DNA from: Escherichia coli
GTDB taxonomy: Bacteria; Pseudomonadota; Gammaproteobacteria; Enterobacterales; Enterobacteriaceae
Length of the DNA: 64,000 nt
Strand: one strand, 5' to 3'
Assembly: GCF_011045215.1 (NCBI RefSeq)
Contig: NZ_CP049201.1
The translations under genes and the position numbers were made by a program. This document shows, one piece after another, positions 18,028 to 34,353 of the stretch (within the stretch, counting starts at the first letter, position 1; every line of letters begins with the position of its first letter). The notes below the pieces were generated by a model. The model had not been told where the DNA came from, searched no databases, and saw nothing but the letters and a program-made list of their open reading frames with translations.

Positions 18028-19284
18028 TTATGTGGTTATGCCATTTTCCGGCGTTTTTCGTTTTGGCAGAAACAGCCATAACCCCGCCAGCATGATCAGC
18101 GCATAGAGACTTTTCCAGCCGACCATTGCCAGTAACAGAACGCATAACAGCCCGCCAACCACCGCCAGTAGTCGATAACGACCTTGCAATAATTTACAGC
18201 CTGCCAGCATGCATAACAGATAAATCATAATAAAGATGCCATTGGCATAAATAATAAGAGCGTCCAGATTGATCTCTAAAGCATGAATCACCAACGTGCT
18301 CACCACGCAGCAGCCGAGCACCGCATTGAGGGCATTATTCGGGATATGGCGAGAAGAGAGGCGTGCCAGGTAGTGGTCAGGATTATGTTGCGCCTGCGAC
18401 CAGACCAGGCGGGCGAAGCTCTGTATATAAATGTTGAGACTGGCAAAGCAGGCCAGATAGCCAATCACGCAGGCAATCCATAACGCTCCTACACCGAACA
18501 ACTGCACTACAATTTTTGGAAGCGATGCTGCCGCCGCCATTTGTTCACCATAGGCGTCGAAGTGTAAGACGACTACCGTACAGCCCCAGTAGACTAATCC
18601 TGCCAGCAGCAGACCAATCATCAAAGCACGAGGAAAATCACGTTCTGGATTTTTAAATTCCGAGGCAAGATGGGCAAATGCTTCCAGACCGACAAAACAC
18701 CAGAACATCACTGATAACGCAGCAAATAACCCGGTAAGTTCAATATTTCCTGGCGCGGGGAAGGGGATACTCGCAGGTTTGATATCGCCCGCCCACCAGA
18801 TAGCGACAATCAGTGCGACGATAAGTCCGGCAATAACGGTTTGTAGATTTGCACTGGAACTGGCACCGCGAGTACCGATATACCACACCAACGCCAGCGT
18901 ACCGAGTTCTGCCAACAACAGTTGCCAGCTATGCCAGCCAAACATCGCCTGGCCGAACCCGGCAGCAATTTGTAGTGCGGCGGGTAAACCCACAGGAATG
19001 ACTGATAAAAACAGCCAGCCGGTGACTCGCTCAAGCCGCGAACCAAACGCCATACCTACGAAGTGCGCGACGCCGCCTGCGCTGGGATAGTGGCGACCCA
19101 GAATCGCAAACACAATCGCAATCGGGAACACTAAGATAATCAAAACGGGCCACGCCCACAGGCTGTTATTGCCCGCTACCAGCGCAGCTAACGCAGGAAC
19201 GGCAAACACGCCAGTGCCTAATAATGACGTCGATAGCAGGCCAATGCCCTGGGCCAGCCCCAGTTCTTGTTTGAGTCCACTCAT
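18028..19284 (-). CDS. yjeH: Amino-acid exporter YjeH (APC family)
   Basis: Start MSGLKQELGLAQGIGL; 418 aa. Confidence 0.85.
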   Translation of the reverse strand: MSGLKQELGLAQGIGLLSTSLLGTGVFAVPALAALVAGNNSLWAWPVLIILVFPIAIVFAILGRHYPSAGGVAHFVGMAFGSRLERVTGWLFLSVIPVGLPAALQIAAGFGQAMFGWHSWQLLLAELGTLALVWYIGTRGASSSANLQTVIAGLIVALIVAIWWAGDIKPASIPFPAPGNIELTGLFAALSVMFWCFVGLEAFAHLASEFKNPERDFPRALMIGLLLAGLVYWGCTVVVLHFDAYGEQMAAAASLPKIVVQLFGVGALWIACVIGYLACFASLNIYIQSFARLVWSQAQHNPDHYLARLSSRHIPNNALNAVLGCCVVSTLVIHALEINLDALIIYANGIFIMIYLLCMLAGCKLLQGRYRLLAVVGGLLCVLLLAMVGWKSLYALIMLAGLWLFLPKRKTPENGITT

Positions 19285-19450
19285 GGGTTGATGTCCGATT
19301 GCGCCCAAATTTTGGGCAACTGCGTAGATTTTCGATGGTAGCACAATCAGATTCGCTTATGACGGCGATGAAGAAATTGCGATGAAATGTGAGGTGAATC
19401 AGGGTTTTCACCCGATTTTGTGCTGATCAGAATTTTTTTTCTTTTTCCCC

Positions 19451-19479
19451 CTTGAAGGGGCGAAGCCTCATCCCCATTT
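19451..19479 (+). promoter_or_regulatory. Sigma-32 heat-shock promoter of groES-groEL
   Basis: CTTGAA (19451-19456) and CCCCATTT (19472-19479) match the sigma-32 -35 and -10 consensus. Confidence 0.8.
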
Positions 19480-19508
19480 CTCTGGTCACCAGCCGGGAAA
19501 CCACGTAA

Positions 19509-19853
<345 letters not shown>

Positions 19854-19884
19854 TCCTCGCACGACACTGAACATACGAATTTAA

Positions 19885-21543
<1,659 letters not shown>

Positions 21544-21572
21544 TTGCCCTGCACCTCGCAGAAATAAACAAA

Positions 21573-21603
21573 CCCCCGGGCAGAAATGTCTGGGGGTTTT
21601 TCT
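21573..21603 (+). terminator. groEL rho-independent terminator
   Basis: CCCCCGGG..CTGGGGG hairpin followed by TTTTTCTTTT. Confidence 0.7.
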
Positions 21604-21680
21604 TTTGGTCATCTTTCTAGTATAAGATTCAGACACGGACGACGCGAGTGGCGTCCAGCTCATTGATTATGGGGAATAAC

Positions 21681-22034
21681 ATGCACGTAAAATACTTAGC
21701 AGGGATTGTCGGTGCCGCGCTACTGATGGCGGGTTGTAGCTCCAGCAACGAATTGAGTGCTGCCGGTCAGAGTGTACGCATTGTGGACGAGCAGCCAGGC
21801 GCAGAGTGCCAGCTGATTGGTACTGCGACAGGTAAGCAAAGCAACTGGCTTTCCGGGCAACACGGAGAAGAGGGCGGTTCTATGCGCGGCGCAGCAAACG
21901 ATCTGCGCAACCAGGCGGCTGCAATGGGCGGTAACGTGATTTATGGCATCAGTAGCCCGTCGCAGGGAATGTTGTCCAGTTTTGTCCCGACGGATAGCCA
22001 GATTACCGGCCAGGTATATAAGTGCCCGAACTGA
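21681..22034 (+). CDS. yjeI: Lipoprotein YjeI
   Basis: MHVKYLAGIVGAALLMAGCSS lipobox signal peptide. Confidence 0.8.
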   Translation: MHVKYLAGIVGAALLMAGCSSSNELSAAGQSVRIVDEQPGAECQLIGTATGKQSNWLSGQHGEEGGSMRGAANDLRNQAAAMGGNVIYGISSPSQGMLSSFVPTDSQITGQVYKCPN

Positions 22035-22059
22035 TGTGATGGTGACAAACGTATAATTG

Positions 22060-22158
<99 letters not shown>

Positions 22159-22226
22159 TGACCAACGATCACGTTATCAGTCATTTCAGGCTGGATGGCT
22201 CCAGCCTCGCATTAGCAAAGATGAGA

Positions 22227-23096
22227 TTATTTCGCCTGTGGTGCAGTTTTGCTGGTGGATTGAACACGTAAGTGATGCAGCGCGCGTAAGCATTGATCCT
22301 GGGTTAGCGGTTGGGCGTTATTCGCCGCTACGGTGCGAACATAGACCTGACATGGCACACCCGCGAGTTTTTTCAGTCGTGGGCTGAAATCAAGCATTCG
22401 GCGAGTGATCGCCTCTATTTCTTTACCCGGCGTTGCTTCACGCGTTTTCACCACTGCGCCGCTAAATTGTTCTTTGCCACTTTCATCTTTAAAGCGGTAA
22501 AGCACCGCCAGATAATGGTCGAACAAGTTATGTTTCCATTCCGGTTGGGAATAGGTGTCATATTCCAGATTGCCATTTTGCTGGCAGTCAACGTCGTATA
22601 ACGGCAGGAAATCTAACAGTGAGGTAATACGTAATGCCAGTTCACGCATTTCCGCATTATTAATTGCATGAATGATTGCTCGCGCCAGCATTTCAATCTG
22701 CAATTCATTGACGACTAACTCACATTTGCTACCGTCATGTAGCGTTAATACGAAGGTAAGATTTTCGCCTTGATTATCGGTAAGTTCCAGCGTGTTAACC
22801 CGACGATTAATATCGGCATTTTTAAGCTCATCAACCAGAATTTCTGGGATGTTTTCTGCCATTTTCTTAATGACTTTATCGCGAGCTTGCTCATACTGAA
22901 GGCGTGCAGCAGCATCCAGTTTATGCTTTTGATGCAGACGACTTTCCAGCGCAATCAGCAGGTCGCGCAGTTCCATGACAGACATAAAGAACAACGATTC
23001 TTTATTGCGAGGTTCTTTAATTTTCAGCGCCAGTGCAATGAAATTATTACTCTTGCGAATAACACCGGTATTAACACCCTTGATGCTTATGGCCAT
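22227..23096 (-). CDS. yjeJ: Uncharacterised protein YjeJ
   Basis: 289-aa ORF in K-12 position between yjeI and epmB. Confidence 0.75.
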   Translation of the reverse strand: MAISIKGVNTGVIRKSNNFIALALKIKEPRNKESLFFMSVMELRDLLIALESRLHQKHKLDAAARLQYEQARDKVIKKMAENIPEILVDELKNADINRRVNTLELTDNQGENLTFVLTLHDGSKCELVVNELQIEMLARAIIHAINNAEMRELALRITSLLDFLPLYDVDCQQNGNLEYDTYSQPEWKHNLFDHYLAVLYRFKDESGKEQFSGAVVKTREATPGKEIEAITRRMLDFSPRLKKLAGVPCQVYVRTVAANNAQPLTQDQCLRALHHLRVQSTSKTAPQAK

Positions 23097-23358
23097 GTAG
23101 GTTCTCCCTAACCATTTCTCAATTAAATAATTAATTTTAATTTATAAGCCAGGTAAATGGGCTTGGTAGTAATAGTTGTTAAAATAACATAAATAGCCGT
23201 ACTCACTCTATATAAACAGAAAAGAAAGGTTAATTATTGGTGTTAGTTATATAAAGAGTAACAACAGCAATGCATATGAATAATTAAAGGTTATGCAACG
23301 TGCAAAGATTAAATTTCCCAGTTTAATGACAGGTTGCTGTACTTGCGTTTTTTGCTCT

Positions 23359-23459
<101 letters not shown>

Positions 23460-23490
23460 ATTTTAATGTTTGACTTCCCTGTTTAATCAG

Positions 23491-24519
23491 TTACTGCTGG
23501 CGTAGCTGGAGATCCAGCGGCGTTTTGCTGGGTTCGCCGCCAATTTCTCGCGCCAGTTTCGGCACCAGATATCCCGACACCAGTGTCAGCAACTCACGCA
23601 TAATCTGCCGTGCTTCGTCATCACTCACCATAAAATGCGCCGCGCCCTGTACTTTATCGAGCACATGCAGGTAATACGGCATCACGCCTGCATCGAACAA
23701 CGCATTACTCAGGTTTGCCAGCGTTTGTGCGTTATCGTTCACACCACGTAACAGAACGCTCTGGTTCAGCAAAGTAACGCCCGCCCGGCGCAACTTAGCC
23801 ATCGCCTGACGGAATGTTTCATCTATCTCATTGGCATGGTTGATGTGATTCACCAGCAAGATTTGCAGCGTAGAATGTGAAAAGCGTTCAACCAGCGCAT
23901 CTGTGATGCGTGCCGGGATCACAATCGGCAGACGGCTGTGAATCCGCAGACGTTTGATATGCGGGATGGCTTCCAGTTGTGTGAGCAACCAGTCCAGCTC
24001 GTGATCTTTCGCCATCAGCGGATCGCCGCCGGAGAAAATCATCTCGTCCAGTTCCGGATGCGCAGCAACATACTCAAGTGCAGTTTGCCAGTTACGCTTG
24101 TTGCCCTGATTTTCGGCATAGGGGAAGTGGCGACGGAAGCAATAGCGGCAATTTACCGCGCAGCCGCCTTTGACCAGCAAAAGCGCCCGGTTGTGGTATT
24201 TATGCAACAAACCAGGCACTACGCTGTGCTGTTCTTCCAGCGGGTCGGTGGAGAATCCGGGCGCGATGGCAAACTCATCTTGCGAGGTAAGTACCTGACG
24301 CAAAAGCGGATCGTCCGGATTGCCTTTCTCCATGCGATCGATAAATGAGCGGGGCACACGCAGGGCAAACAGCTTTCTGGCGCTGCGTCCGGCCAACAGT
24401 TTTTCGTCCGCGTCTATATTCAAAAGACGCAGAAGTTCATCAGGATCGGTCACAACATCGGCAAGTTGCGTTAACCAATCTTCTCTGGATGGGGTATTTA
24501 GGGTTACAATATGCGCCAT
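23491..24519 (-). CDS. epmB: EF-P beta-lysylation aminomutase EpmB (YjeK)
   Basis: Radical-SAM CxxxCxxC motif (CAVNCRYC); 342 aa. Confidence 0.9.
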   Translation of the reverse strand: MAHIVTLNTPSREDWLTQLADVVTDPDELLRLLNIDADEKLLAGRSARKLFALRVPRSFIDRMEKGNPDDPLLRQVLTSQDEFAIAPGFSTDPLEEQHSVVPGLLHKYHNRALLLVKGGCAVNCRYCFRRHFPYAENQGNKRNWQTALEYVAAHPELDEMIFSGGDPLMAKDHELDWLLTQLEAIPHIKRLRIHSRLPIVIPARITDALVERFSHSTLQILLVNHINHANEIDETFRQAMAKLRRAGVTLLNQSVLLRGVNDNAQTLANLSNALFDAGVMPYYLHVLDKVQGAAHFMVSDDEARQIMRELLTLVSGYLVPKLAREIGGEPSKTPLDLQLRQQ

Positions 24520-24560
24520 TTTGTGGCTTAGCTACCAATTAACAAATTTCAGAGGGCCTT

Positions 24561-25127
24561 ATGGCAACGTACTATAGCAACGATTTTCGTGCTGGTCTTA
24601 AAATCATGTTAGACGGCGAACCTTACGCGGTTGAAGCGAGTGAATTCGTAAAACCGGGTAAAGGCCAGGCATTTGCTCGCGTTAAACTGCGTCGTCTGCT
24701 GACCGGTACTCGCGTAGAAAAAACCTTCAAATCTACTGATTCCGCTGAAGGCGCTGATGTTGTCGATATGAACCTGACTTACCTGTACAACGACGGTGAG
24801 TTCTGGCACTTCATGAACAACGAAACTTTCGAGCAGCTGTCTGCTGATGCAAAAGCAATTGGCGACAACGCGAAATGGCTGCTGGATCAGGCAGAGTGTA
24901 TCGTAACTCTGTGGAATGGTCAGCCGATCTCCGTTACTCCGCCGAACTTCGTTGAACTGGAAATCGTTGATACCGATCCGGGCCTGAAAGGTGATACCGC
25001 AGGTACTGGCGGCAAACCGGCTACCCTGTCTACTGGCGCTGTGGTTAAAGTTCCGCTGTTCGTACAAATCGGCGAAGTCATCAAAGTGGATACCCGCTCT
25101 GGTGAATACGTCTCTCGCGTGAAGTAA
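24561..25127 (+). CDS. efp: Elongation factor P
   Basis: [24 protein letters not shown]... Confidence 0.97.
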
Positions 25128-25178
25128 TGCGGTTATGGTGCGGCCTGCAGGCTGCACCATCACTTATTCAGGTCAGAG

Positions 25179-25304
25179 ATGATGAAACGCCTTATCGTTC
25201 TTGTTTTGCTTGCCAGCACGCTGCTCACGGGCTGTAACACCGCTCGCGGTTTCGGCGAAGATATCAAACATCTCGGCAACTCCATCTCCCGCGCTGCCAG
25301 CTAA
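25179..25304 (+). CDS. ecnA: Entericidin A lipoprotein (41 aa)
   Basis: [41 protein letters not shown]. Confidence 0.8.
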   Translation: MMKRLIVLVLLASTLLTGCNTARGFGEDIKHLGNSISRAAS

Positions 25305-25414
25305 TTTTTCTTCTCTTCCGAAAAATCATCAGATTTCCATCATTTTTGGCGATGTTGTCTATTATTAATTTGCTATAGGCAAACATAAATAACATTACCT
25401 AAAAGGAAGACGTT

Positions 25415-25561
25415 ATGGTGAAGAAGACAATTGCAGCGATCTTTTCTGTTCTGGTGCTTTCAACAGTATTAACTGCCTGCAACACCACGCGTGGCGTTGG
25501 TGAAGACATTTCTGATGGCGGTAACGCGATTTCTGGTGCAGCAACGAAAGCGCAGCAATAA
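25415..25561 (+). CDS. ecnB: Entericidin B lipoprotein (48 aa)
   Basis: [48 protein letters not shown]. Confidence 0.8.
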
Positions 25562-25736
25562 GCAATAACGGTACGACAGCTGTGTCGTGCCGTTTGTTTT
25601 TTCTGCGATAGTCACAAAGGTAATAGTTGAAATTCCCCTGCCACCTGGCAAAATATCCGTTCAACCATCAGCTTTGCAGGACGACCTGCAAACGCGTCTT
25701 TTCACCGGGGACGGCCCCAATTCTCCGGAGCCTGAT

Positions 25737-26054
25737 ATGTCCTGGATTATCTTAGTTATTGCTGGTCTGCTGGAAGTGGTATGGGCCGTTGGCCTGAAAT
25801 ATACCCACGGCTTTAGTCGTTTGACGCCGAGTGTTATTACCGTGACGGCGATGATTGTCAGTATGGCGCTACTTGCCTGGGCGATGAAATCGTTACCAGT
25901 AGGGACGGCTTATGCCGTGTGGACGGGTATTGGCGCAGTCGGCGCGGCCATCACCGGCATTGTGCTGCTCGGTGAGTCCGCTAACCCGATGCGTCTGGCG
26001 AGTCTGGCGTTAATCGTATTGGGGATTATTGGTCTGAAACTCAGCACTCACTAA
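25737..26054 (+). CDS. gdx: SMR-family guanidinium exporter Gdx (SugE)
   Basis: [26 protein letters not shown]..., 105 aa. Confidence 0.9.
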   Translation: MSWIILVIAGLLEVVWAVGLKYTHGFSRLTPSVITVTAMIVSMALLAWAMKSLPVGTAYAVWTGIGAVGAAITGIVLLGESANPMRLASLALIVLGIIGLKLSTH

Positions 26055-26584
26055 CTACCGGGCTGCTGTACCCAAATAAACTTACTGACATCAAACCCTT
26101 CCCGGGTCGCGACTGCCAGCATCTCCTGTTTCACTTCGTCAGAAATGGTTGGCGTGCGGGAGAGTATCCACAGGTAGTCGCGGTCCGGGCCGCAAACCAG
26201 CGCATGGCGGTATTCCCGATCGAGTGCAATAACGTTATAACCGCCATAGAAAGGACCAAAGAATGACACTTTCAGCGCAGCGCGAGTTGGTGCGCCGGTA
26301 AAGTACGCTTTCCCTTCACTCTGCTGCCACATTTCTCTGTCAGGGTTATAGCCTTTATTAATGACATTCAGGCCGCCATCATCCCTCAGGCTGTATGTTG
26401 CGGTGACTTTTTCCAGTCCACGTTCAAAGCGGTGATCAAAACGGGCAATCTCATACCAGGTACCGAGATAGCGTTTAGCGTCGAAATTATTCACTACGGT
26501 CACGCCACGCGGCGGCGTAGGAGAACTGCAGGCAACGACCAGAAATGCAGCTGTCGCTGCGGCAACGAGAGGGAGCAGGCGCAT
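26051..26584 (-). CDS. blc: Outer-membrane lipocalin Blc
   Basis: Lipobox LVVACSSP; 177 aa. Confidence 0.9.
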   Translation of the reverse strand: MRLLPLVAAATAAFLVVACSSPTPPRGVTVVNNFDAKRYLGTWYEIARFDHRFERGLEKVTATYSLRDDGGLNVINKGYNPDREMWQQSEGKAYFTGAPTRAALKVSFFGPFYGGYNVIALDREYRHALVCGPDRDYLWILSRTPTISDEVKQEMLAVATREGFDVSKFIWVQQPGS

Positions 26585-26672
26585 AAATGTTTCCTTACTG
26601 GTTTTTTTCTAAGTGTAGATGACAGCAAGGAAAAGCGGAGAAAAGGTCCGAAAATTCGGACCCGATGAAATT

Positions 26673-28228
<1,556 letters not shown>

Positions 28229-28238
28229 CTCAGGCTCC

Positions 28239-29371
<1,133 letters not shown>

Positions 29372-29379
<8 letters not shown>

Positions 29380-31180
29380 TCGCCTTCTCCTTCTTATTGG
29401 CTGCTTCCGCCTTATCGGCTGCATCCGCTTCGCCACCGTAAACGCGTTTAGCTGGCGGTAGCGTAGTAATCTTCACGTCGCTGTACTCCAGGCGAGTCGT
29501 GCCATCAGCATCGCGGAAGGCGAGGGTGTGTTTGAGGAAGTTGACGTCGTCACGCTCGGTGCAACCTTCGTCCAGACGCTGGTGTGCGCCGCGGGACTCT
29601 TTACGTGCCATTGCGGAGTGCGCCATACATTCAGCAACGTTCAGACCGTGGCCCAGTTCAATGGTGTAGAGCAGGTCGGTGTTGAACACGCTGGAGGTGT
29701 CGGTGATGCGCACGCGCTTGAAGCGTTCCTGCAGCTCTGCCAGCTTGTCGATGGTTTTCTGCATCAGTTCCGGCGTACGGTAGATACCGCAGCCTTCTTC
29801 CATAGCCAGGCCCATTTCGTCGCGGATCTTCGCCCAGTTTTCGCCGCCATCCTGGTTAACCAGATCTTTCAGACGTTGTTCAACGCCAGCTGCCTGCGCT
29901 TCAATTGCCGCTTCGTTGCCATTACCGGCAGTTGCTGCACGCTCTGTCGCTTGTTCACCGGCCAGACGGCCGAAGACCACCAGTTCCGCCAGGGAGTTAG
30001 AACCCAGACGGTTTGCACCGTGCAGACCAACAGAGGAACATTCACCCACGGCGAACAGACCTTTAATGCGGGTTTCACAGTTCTGATCGGTTTCGATACC
30101 GCCCATGGTGTAGTGTGCGGTCGGACGTACCGGAATCGGTTCTTTAACCGGATCGACGCCAACGTACGCTTTCGCCAGTTCGCAGATGAACGGCAGACGT
30201 TCATGCAGTTTTTTCTCGCCGAGGTGACGCAGGTCGAGATAAACCACATCGCCACGCGGCGTGGAGATGGTGTTGCCTTTACGCCATTCGTGCCAGAAGG
30301 CCTGAGAGACTTTGTCGCGTGGACCCAGTTCCATATATTTGTTTTTCGGCTCGCCCAGCGGAGTTTCCGGGCCCATGCCGTAATCTTGCAGATAACGGTA
30401 GCCATTTTTGTTGACCAGAATACCGCCTTCGCCACGGCAACCTTCGGTCATCAGGATACCGGAACCTGGCAGACCGGTTGGGTGATACTGAACGAATTCC
30501 ATGTCACGCAGCGGAACGCCGTGGCTTAGCGCCATACCCATACCGTCACCGGTAACGATGCCGCCGTTGGTGTTGTAACGATAAACGCGACCCGCACCGC
30601 CAGTAGCCATAACGACCGCGTTAGCACGGATCTGCACCAGCGTGCCTTCCATCATGTTCATTGCTACCAGGCCGCGAACATGACCATCATCAACCAGAAT
30701 ATCCAGCACGAAATGTTCGTCAAAACGCTGGATCTGCGGGAATTGCAGAGAGGTCTGGAACAGCGTGTGCAGCATATGGAAGCCGGTCTTATCGGCGGCG
30801 AACCAGGTACGCTCGATTTTCATGCCGCCGAAGCGACGTACGTTGACGCTACCATCCGGGCGACGGCTCCATGGGCACCCCCACAGTTCCAGTTGGGTCA
30901 TTTCGGTTGGGCAGTGGTGGACGAAATAATCCACGACATCCTGCTCACACAACCAGTCGCCACCCGCTACTGTATCGTGAAAGTGATATTCGAAGCTGTC
31001 ATGATCCTGCGCGACAGCGGCGGAGCCCCCTTCTGCAGCAACGGTATGGCTACGCATCGGGTATACTTTTGAGATTAGTGCGATTTTTGCATTTGGATTT
31101 GCCTGCGCGGCAGCAATTGCAGCACGTAATCCCGCGCCACCGGCGCCTACAATGGCAAGATCGGCTTGAAAGGTTTGCAC
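29372..31180 (-). CDS. frdA: Fumarate reductase flavoprotein subunit (GTG start)
   Basis: [24 protein letters not shown]-binding fold. Confidence 0.95.
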
Positions 31181-31504
31181 GACATTCCTCCAGATTGTTT
31201 TTATCCCACAGCCCCGTACTTCAGGGTAAGTGCCTGAAAGTTACGGTCTGCGAACGCTATTCCACTGCTCCTTTATAGGTACAACAGTATAGTCTGATGG
31301 ATAAGTCTGAAATTTGACGAGATCGATTTTTTTAGTGCGCAAGAGGGCTAAATTATCACTGAAGATGATTAATTTAATTACTAAACCATCAGATCGTGCT
31401 TTTTTTAGTCACTGCCCACCGTTGTTTGATTCCTGCGTAAAATTTGTCTCGCCGTCGCGTTGCGAGTAGACTTCGTGCCCTTGTCAAAAACTGGAGATTT
31501 AACT

Positions 31505-32482
31505 ATGAGCGAAACGGCATCCTGGCAGCCGAGCGCATCCATTCCTAACTTATTAAAACGCGCGGCGATTATGGCGGAGATCCGTCGTTTCTTTGCCGAT
31601 CGTGGAGTGCTGGAGGTGGAGACGCCTTGTATGAGCCAGGCGACGGTAACCGATATTCATTTGGTCCCGTTTGAGACACGTTTCGTTGGCCCCGGGCATT
31701 CGCAGGGGATGAATCTCTGGTTAATGACCAGCCCGGAATACCATATGAAACGCCTGCTGGTTGCCGGTTGCGGGCCGGTATTCCAGCTGTGCCGCAGTTT
31801 CCGTAATGAAGAGATGGGGCGTTATCACAACCCTGAGTTCACTATGCTTGAGTGGTATCGACCGCACTATGATATGTACCGGTTGATGAACGAGGTGGAC
31901 GATCTCTTACAACAGGTGCTGGACTGCCCGGCAGCAGAAAGCCTTTCTTATCAACAAGCTTTCTTGCGTTATCTGGAAATTGACCCGCTCTCTGCCGACA
32001 AAACGCAACTGCGGGAAGTGGCAGCGAAACTGGATTTGAGCAATGTTGCTGATACCGAAGAAGACCGCGACACGTTGCTACAATTGCTGTTTACCTTTGG
32101 CGTAGAGCCAAATATTGGCAAAGAAAAACCGACCTTTGTGTACCACTTTCCAGCCAGCCAGGCATCACTGGCGCAAATCAGTACCGAAGATCATCGGGTC
32201 GCTGAACGCTTTGAGGTTTATTATAAAGGTATTGAGCTGGCGAATGGTTTCCATGAATTGACGGATGCCCGTGAGCAGCAACAACGCTTTGAACAAGATA
32301 ACCGTAAGCGCGCGGCGCGCGGTTTGCCGCAGCACCCTATTGACCAGAATCTGATTGACGCCTTGAAAGTCGGTATGCCTGACTGTTCCGGCGTGGCATT
32401 AGGTGTTGATCGTCTGGTGATGTTGGCGCTGGGCGCGGAGACACTGGCTGAAGTCATCGCCTTTAGCGTTGACCGGGCATAA
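31505..32482 (+). CDS. epmA: EF-P lysine-lysyltransferase EpmA (PoxA/GenX)
   Basis: Start [12 protein letters not shown]; class II aaRS-like. Confidence 0.9.
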
Positions 32483-32700
32483 TTCTGAAAAATTACTGAA
32501 TTAACAGCGAAGAATGGCGTGATAAGCGCCATTCTGTAGCATATGTTTTCATTTTTCTGTTAAAGGCCACAATTTAAGACTGGATATTTGATATCATCCA
32601 GGTATCAATTCTGTATTGGTTTTGACGCTGCCCGCTCAATGTTGGGCAGTGCAGTTCAGTGGGCGCGTTTTATACACGCGCTGAAATGAAGGATGGTTTC

Positions 32701-34203
32701 ATGCCTCACACGATAAAAAAGATGAGTCTGATAGGACTCATATTGATGATCTTTACTTCCGTATTTGGATTTGCCAATAGCCCATCGGCTTATTACTTAA
32801 TGGGTTATAGTGCGATTCCCTTTTATATATTTTCTGCATTGTTATTCTTTATTCCATTCGCCTTAATGATGGCTGAAATGGGAGCTGCTTATCGCAAAGA
32901 AGAAGGTGGTATCTATTCCTGGATGAATAATAGTGTCGGACCACGTTTTGCCTTCATTGGTACGTTTATGTGGTTTTCCTCTTATATCATCTGGATGGTG
33001 AGTACCTCCGCGAAAGTTTGGGTACCGTTCTCAACATTCCTCTATGGTAGCGACATGACCCAGCACTGGCGTATTGCCGGACTGGAGCCTACGCAGGTGG
33101 TTGGTCTGCTGGCAGTGGCATGGATGATTCTGGTCACCGTCGTTGCTTCTAAGGGGATTAATAAAATTGCCCGCATTACTGCGGTGGGCGGTATTGCAGT
33201 AATGTGTCTGAATTTAGTATTGCTGTTAGTAAGCATTACTATTTTGTTATTAAATGGTGGGCATTTCGCGCAGGATATTAATTTCCTTGCATCACCGAAC
33301 CCGGGTTATCAGTCCGGTCTGGCAATGCTATCGTTTGTGGTATTTGCTATTTTTGCCTATGGCGGAATTGAAGCGGTTGGTGGTCTGGTCGATAAAACGG
33401 AAAATCCAGAAAAGAACTTTGCCAAAGGTATTGTTTTTGCCGCTATTGTTATTTCAATCGGTTATTCGCTGGCAATATTTTTATGGGGCGTCAGCACAAA
33501 CTGGCAGCAGGTATTAAGTAATGGTTCCGTTAACCTCGGCAATATTACCTATGTGCTGATGAAGAGCCTCGGGGTGACGCTGGGTAACGCACTGCATTTG
33601 TCTCCTGAAGCGTCATTGTCGCTGGGCGTATGGTTTGCGCGTATTACCGGACTTTCGATGTTCCTCGCTTATACCGGTGCGTTCTTTACGCTTTGCTATT
33701 CACCGCTGAAAGCCATCATCCAGGGGACGCCGAAAGCATTGTGGCCGGAACCGATGACGCGCCTGAATGCGATGGGGATGCCGTCTATCGCCATGTGGAT
33801 GCAGTGCGGGTTGGTTACTGTCTTCATCCTGCTGGTTTCGTTTGGTGGCGGTACCGCATCGGCGTTCTTTAACAAGCTGACGCTGATGGCGAACGTGTCT
33901 ATGACGCTTCCTTACCTGTTCCTCGCGCTGGCTTTCCCATTCTTTAAAGCACGTCAGGATCTCGACAGACCATTTGTGATTTTCAAAACGCGTATGTCGG
34001 CAATGATTGCGACGGTGGTTGTCGTTCTGGTGGTGACATTTGCGAACGTCTTCACCATTATTCAGCCTGTGGTTGAAGCCGGAGACTGGGACAGCACATT
34101 GTGGATGATTGGCGGCCCTGTCTTCTTCTCGCTGTTAGCGATGGCGATTTACCAGAACTATTGCAGTCGCATGGCGAATAAACCTGAGTTAGCTCTCGAC
34201 TGA
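32701..34203 (+). CDS. yjeM: Putative transporter YjeM (APC superfamily)
   Basis: Start MPHTIKKMSLIGL; polytopic membrane protein. Confidence 0.85.
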   Translation: MPHTIKKMSLIGLILMIFTSVFGFANSPSAYYLMGYSAIPFYIFSALLFFIPFALMMAEMGAAYRKEEGGIYSWMNNSVGPRFAFIGTFMWFSSYIIWMVSTSAKVWVPFSTFLYGSDMTQHWRIAGLEPTQVVGLLAVAWMILVTVVASKGINKIARITAVGGIAVMCLNLVLLLVSITILLLNGGHFAQDINFLASPNPGYQSGLAMLSFVVFAIFAYGGIEAVGGLVDKTENPEKNFAKGIVFAAIVISIGYSLAIFLWGVSTNWQQVLSNGSVNLGNITYVLMKSLGVTLGNALHLSPEASLSLGVWFARITGLSMFLAYTGAFFTLCYSPLKAIIQGTPKALWPEPMTRLNAMGMPSIAMWMQCGLVTVFILLVSFGGGTASAFFNKLTLMANVSMTLPYLFLALAFPFFKARQDLDRPFVIFKTRMSAMIATVVVVLVVTFANVFTIIQPVVEAGDWDSTLWMIGGPVFFSLLAMAIYQNYCSRMANKPELALD

Positions 34204-34353
34204 TCATATGAAATCCTGCAACTCATCGTCTCTCCGGCGATGAGTTGTCAGGAAGTAATGCGTATGGATGATACTCTCCAGGGCCGGTGATAACTGAAGA
34301 TGATGTTAAGCTGCTAAATGAGCCACGTTGACATCATTTGGCAGCTTCATGCA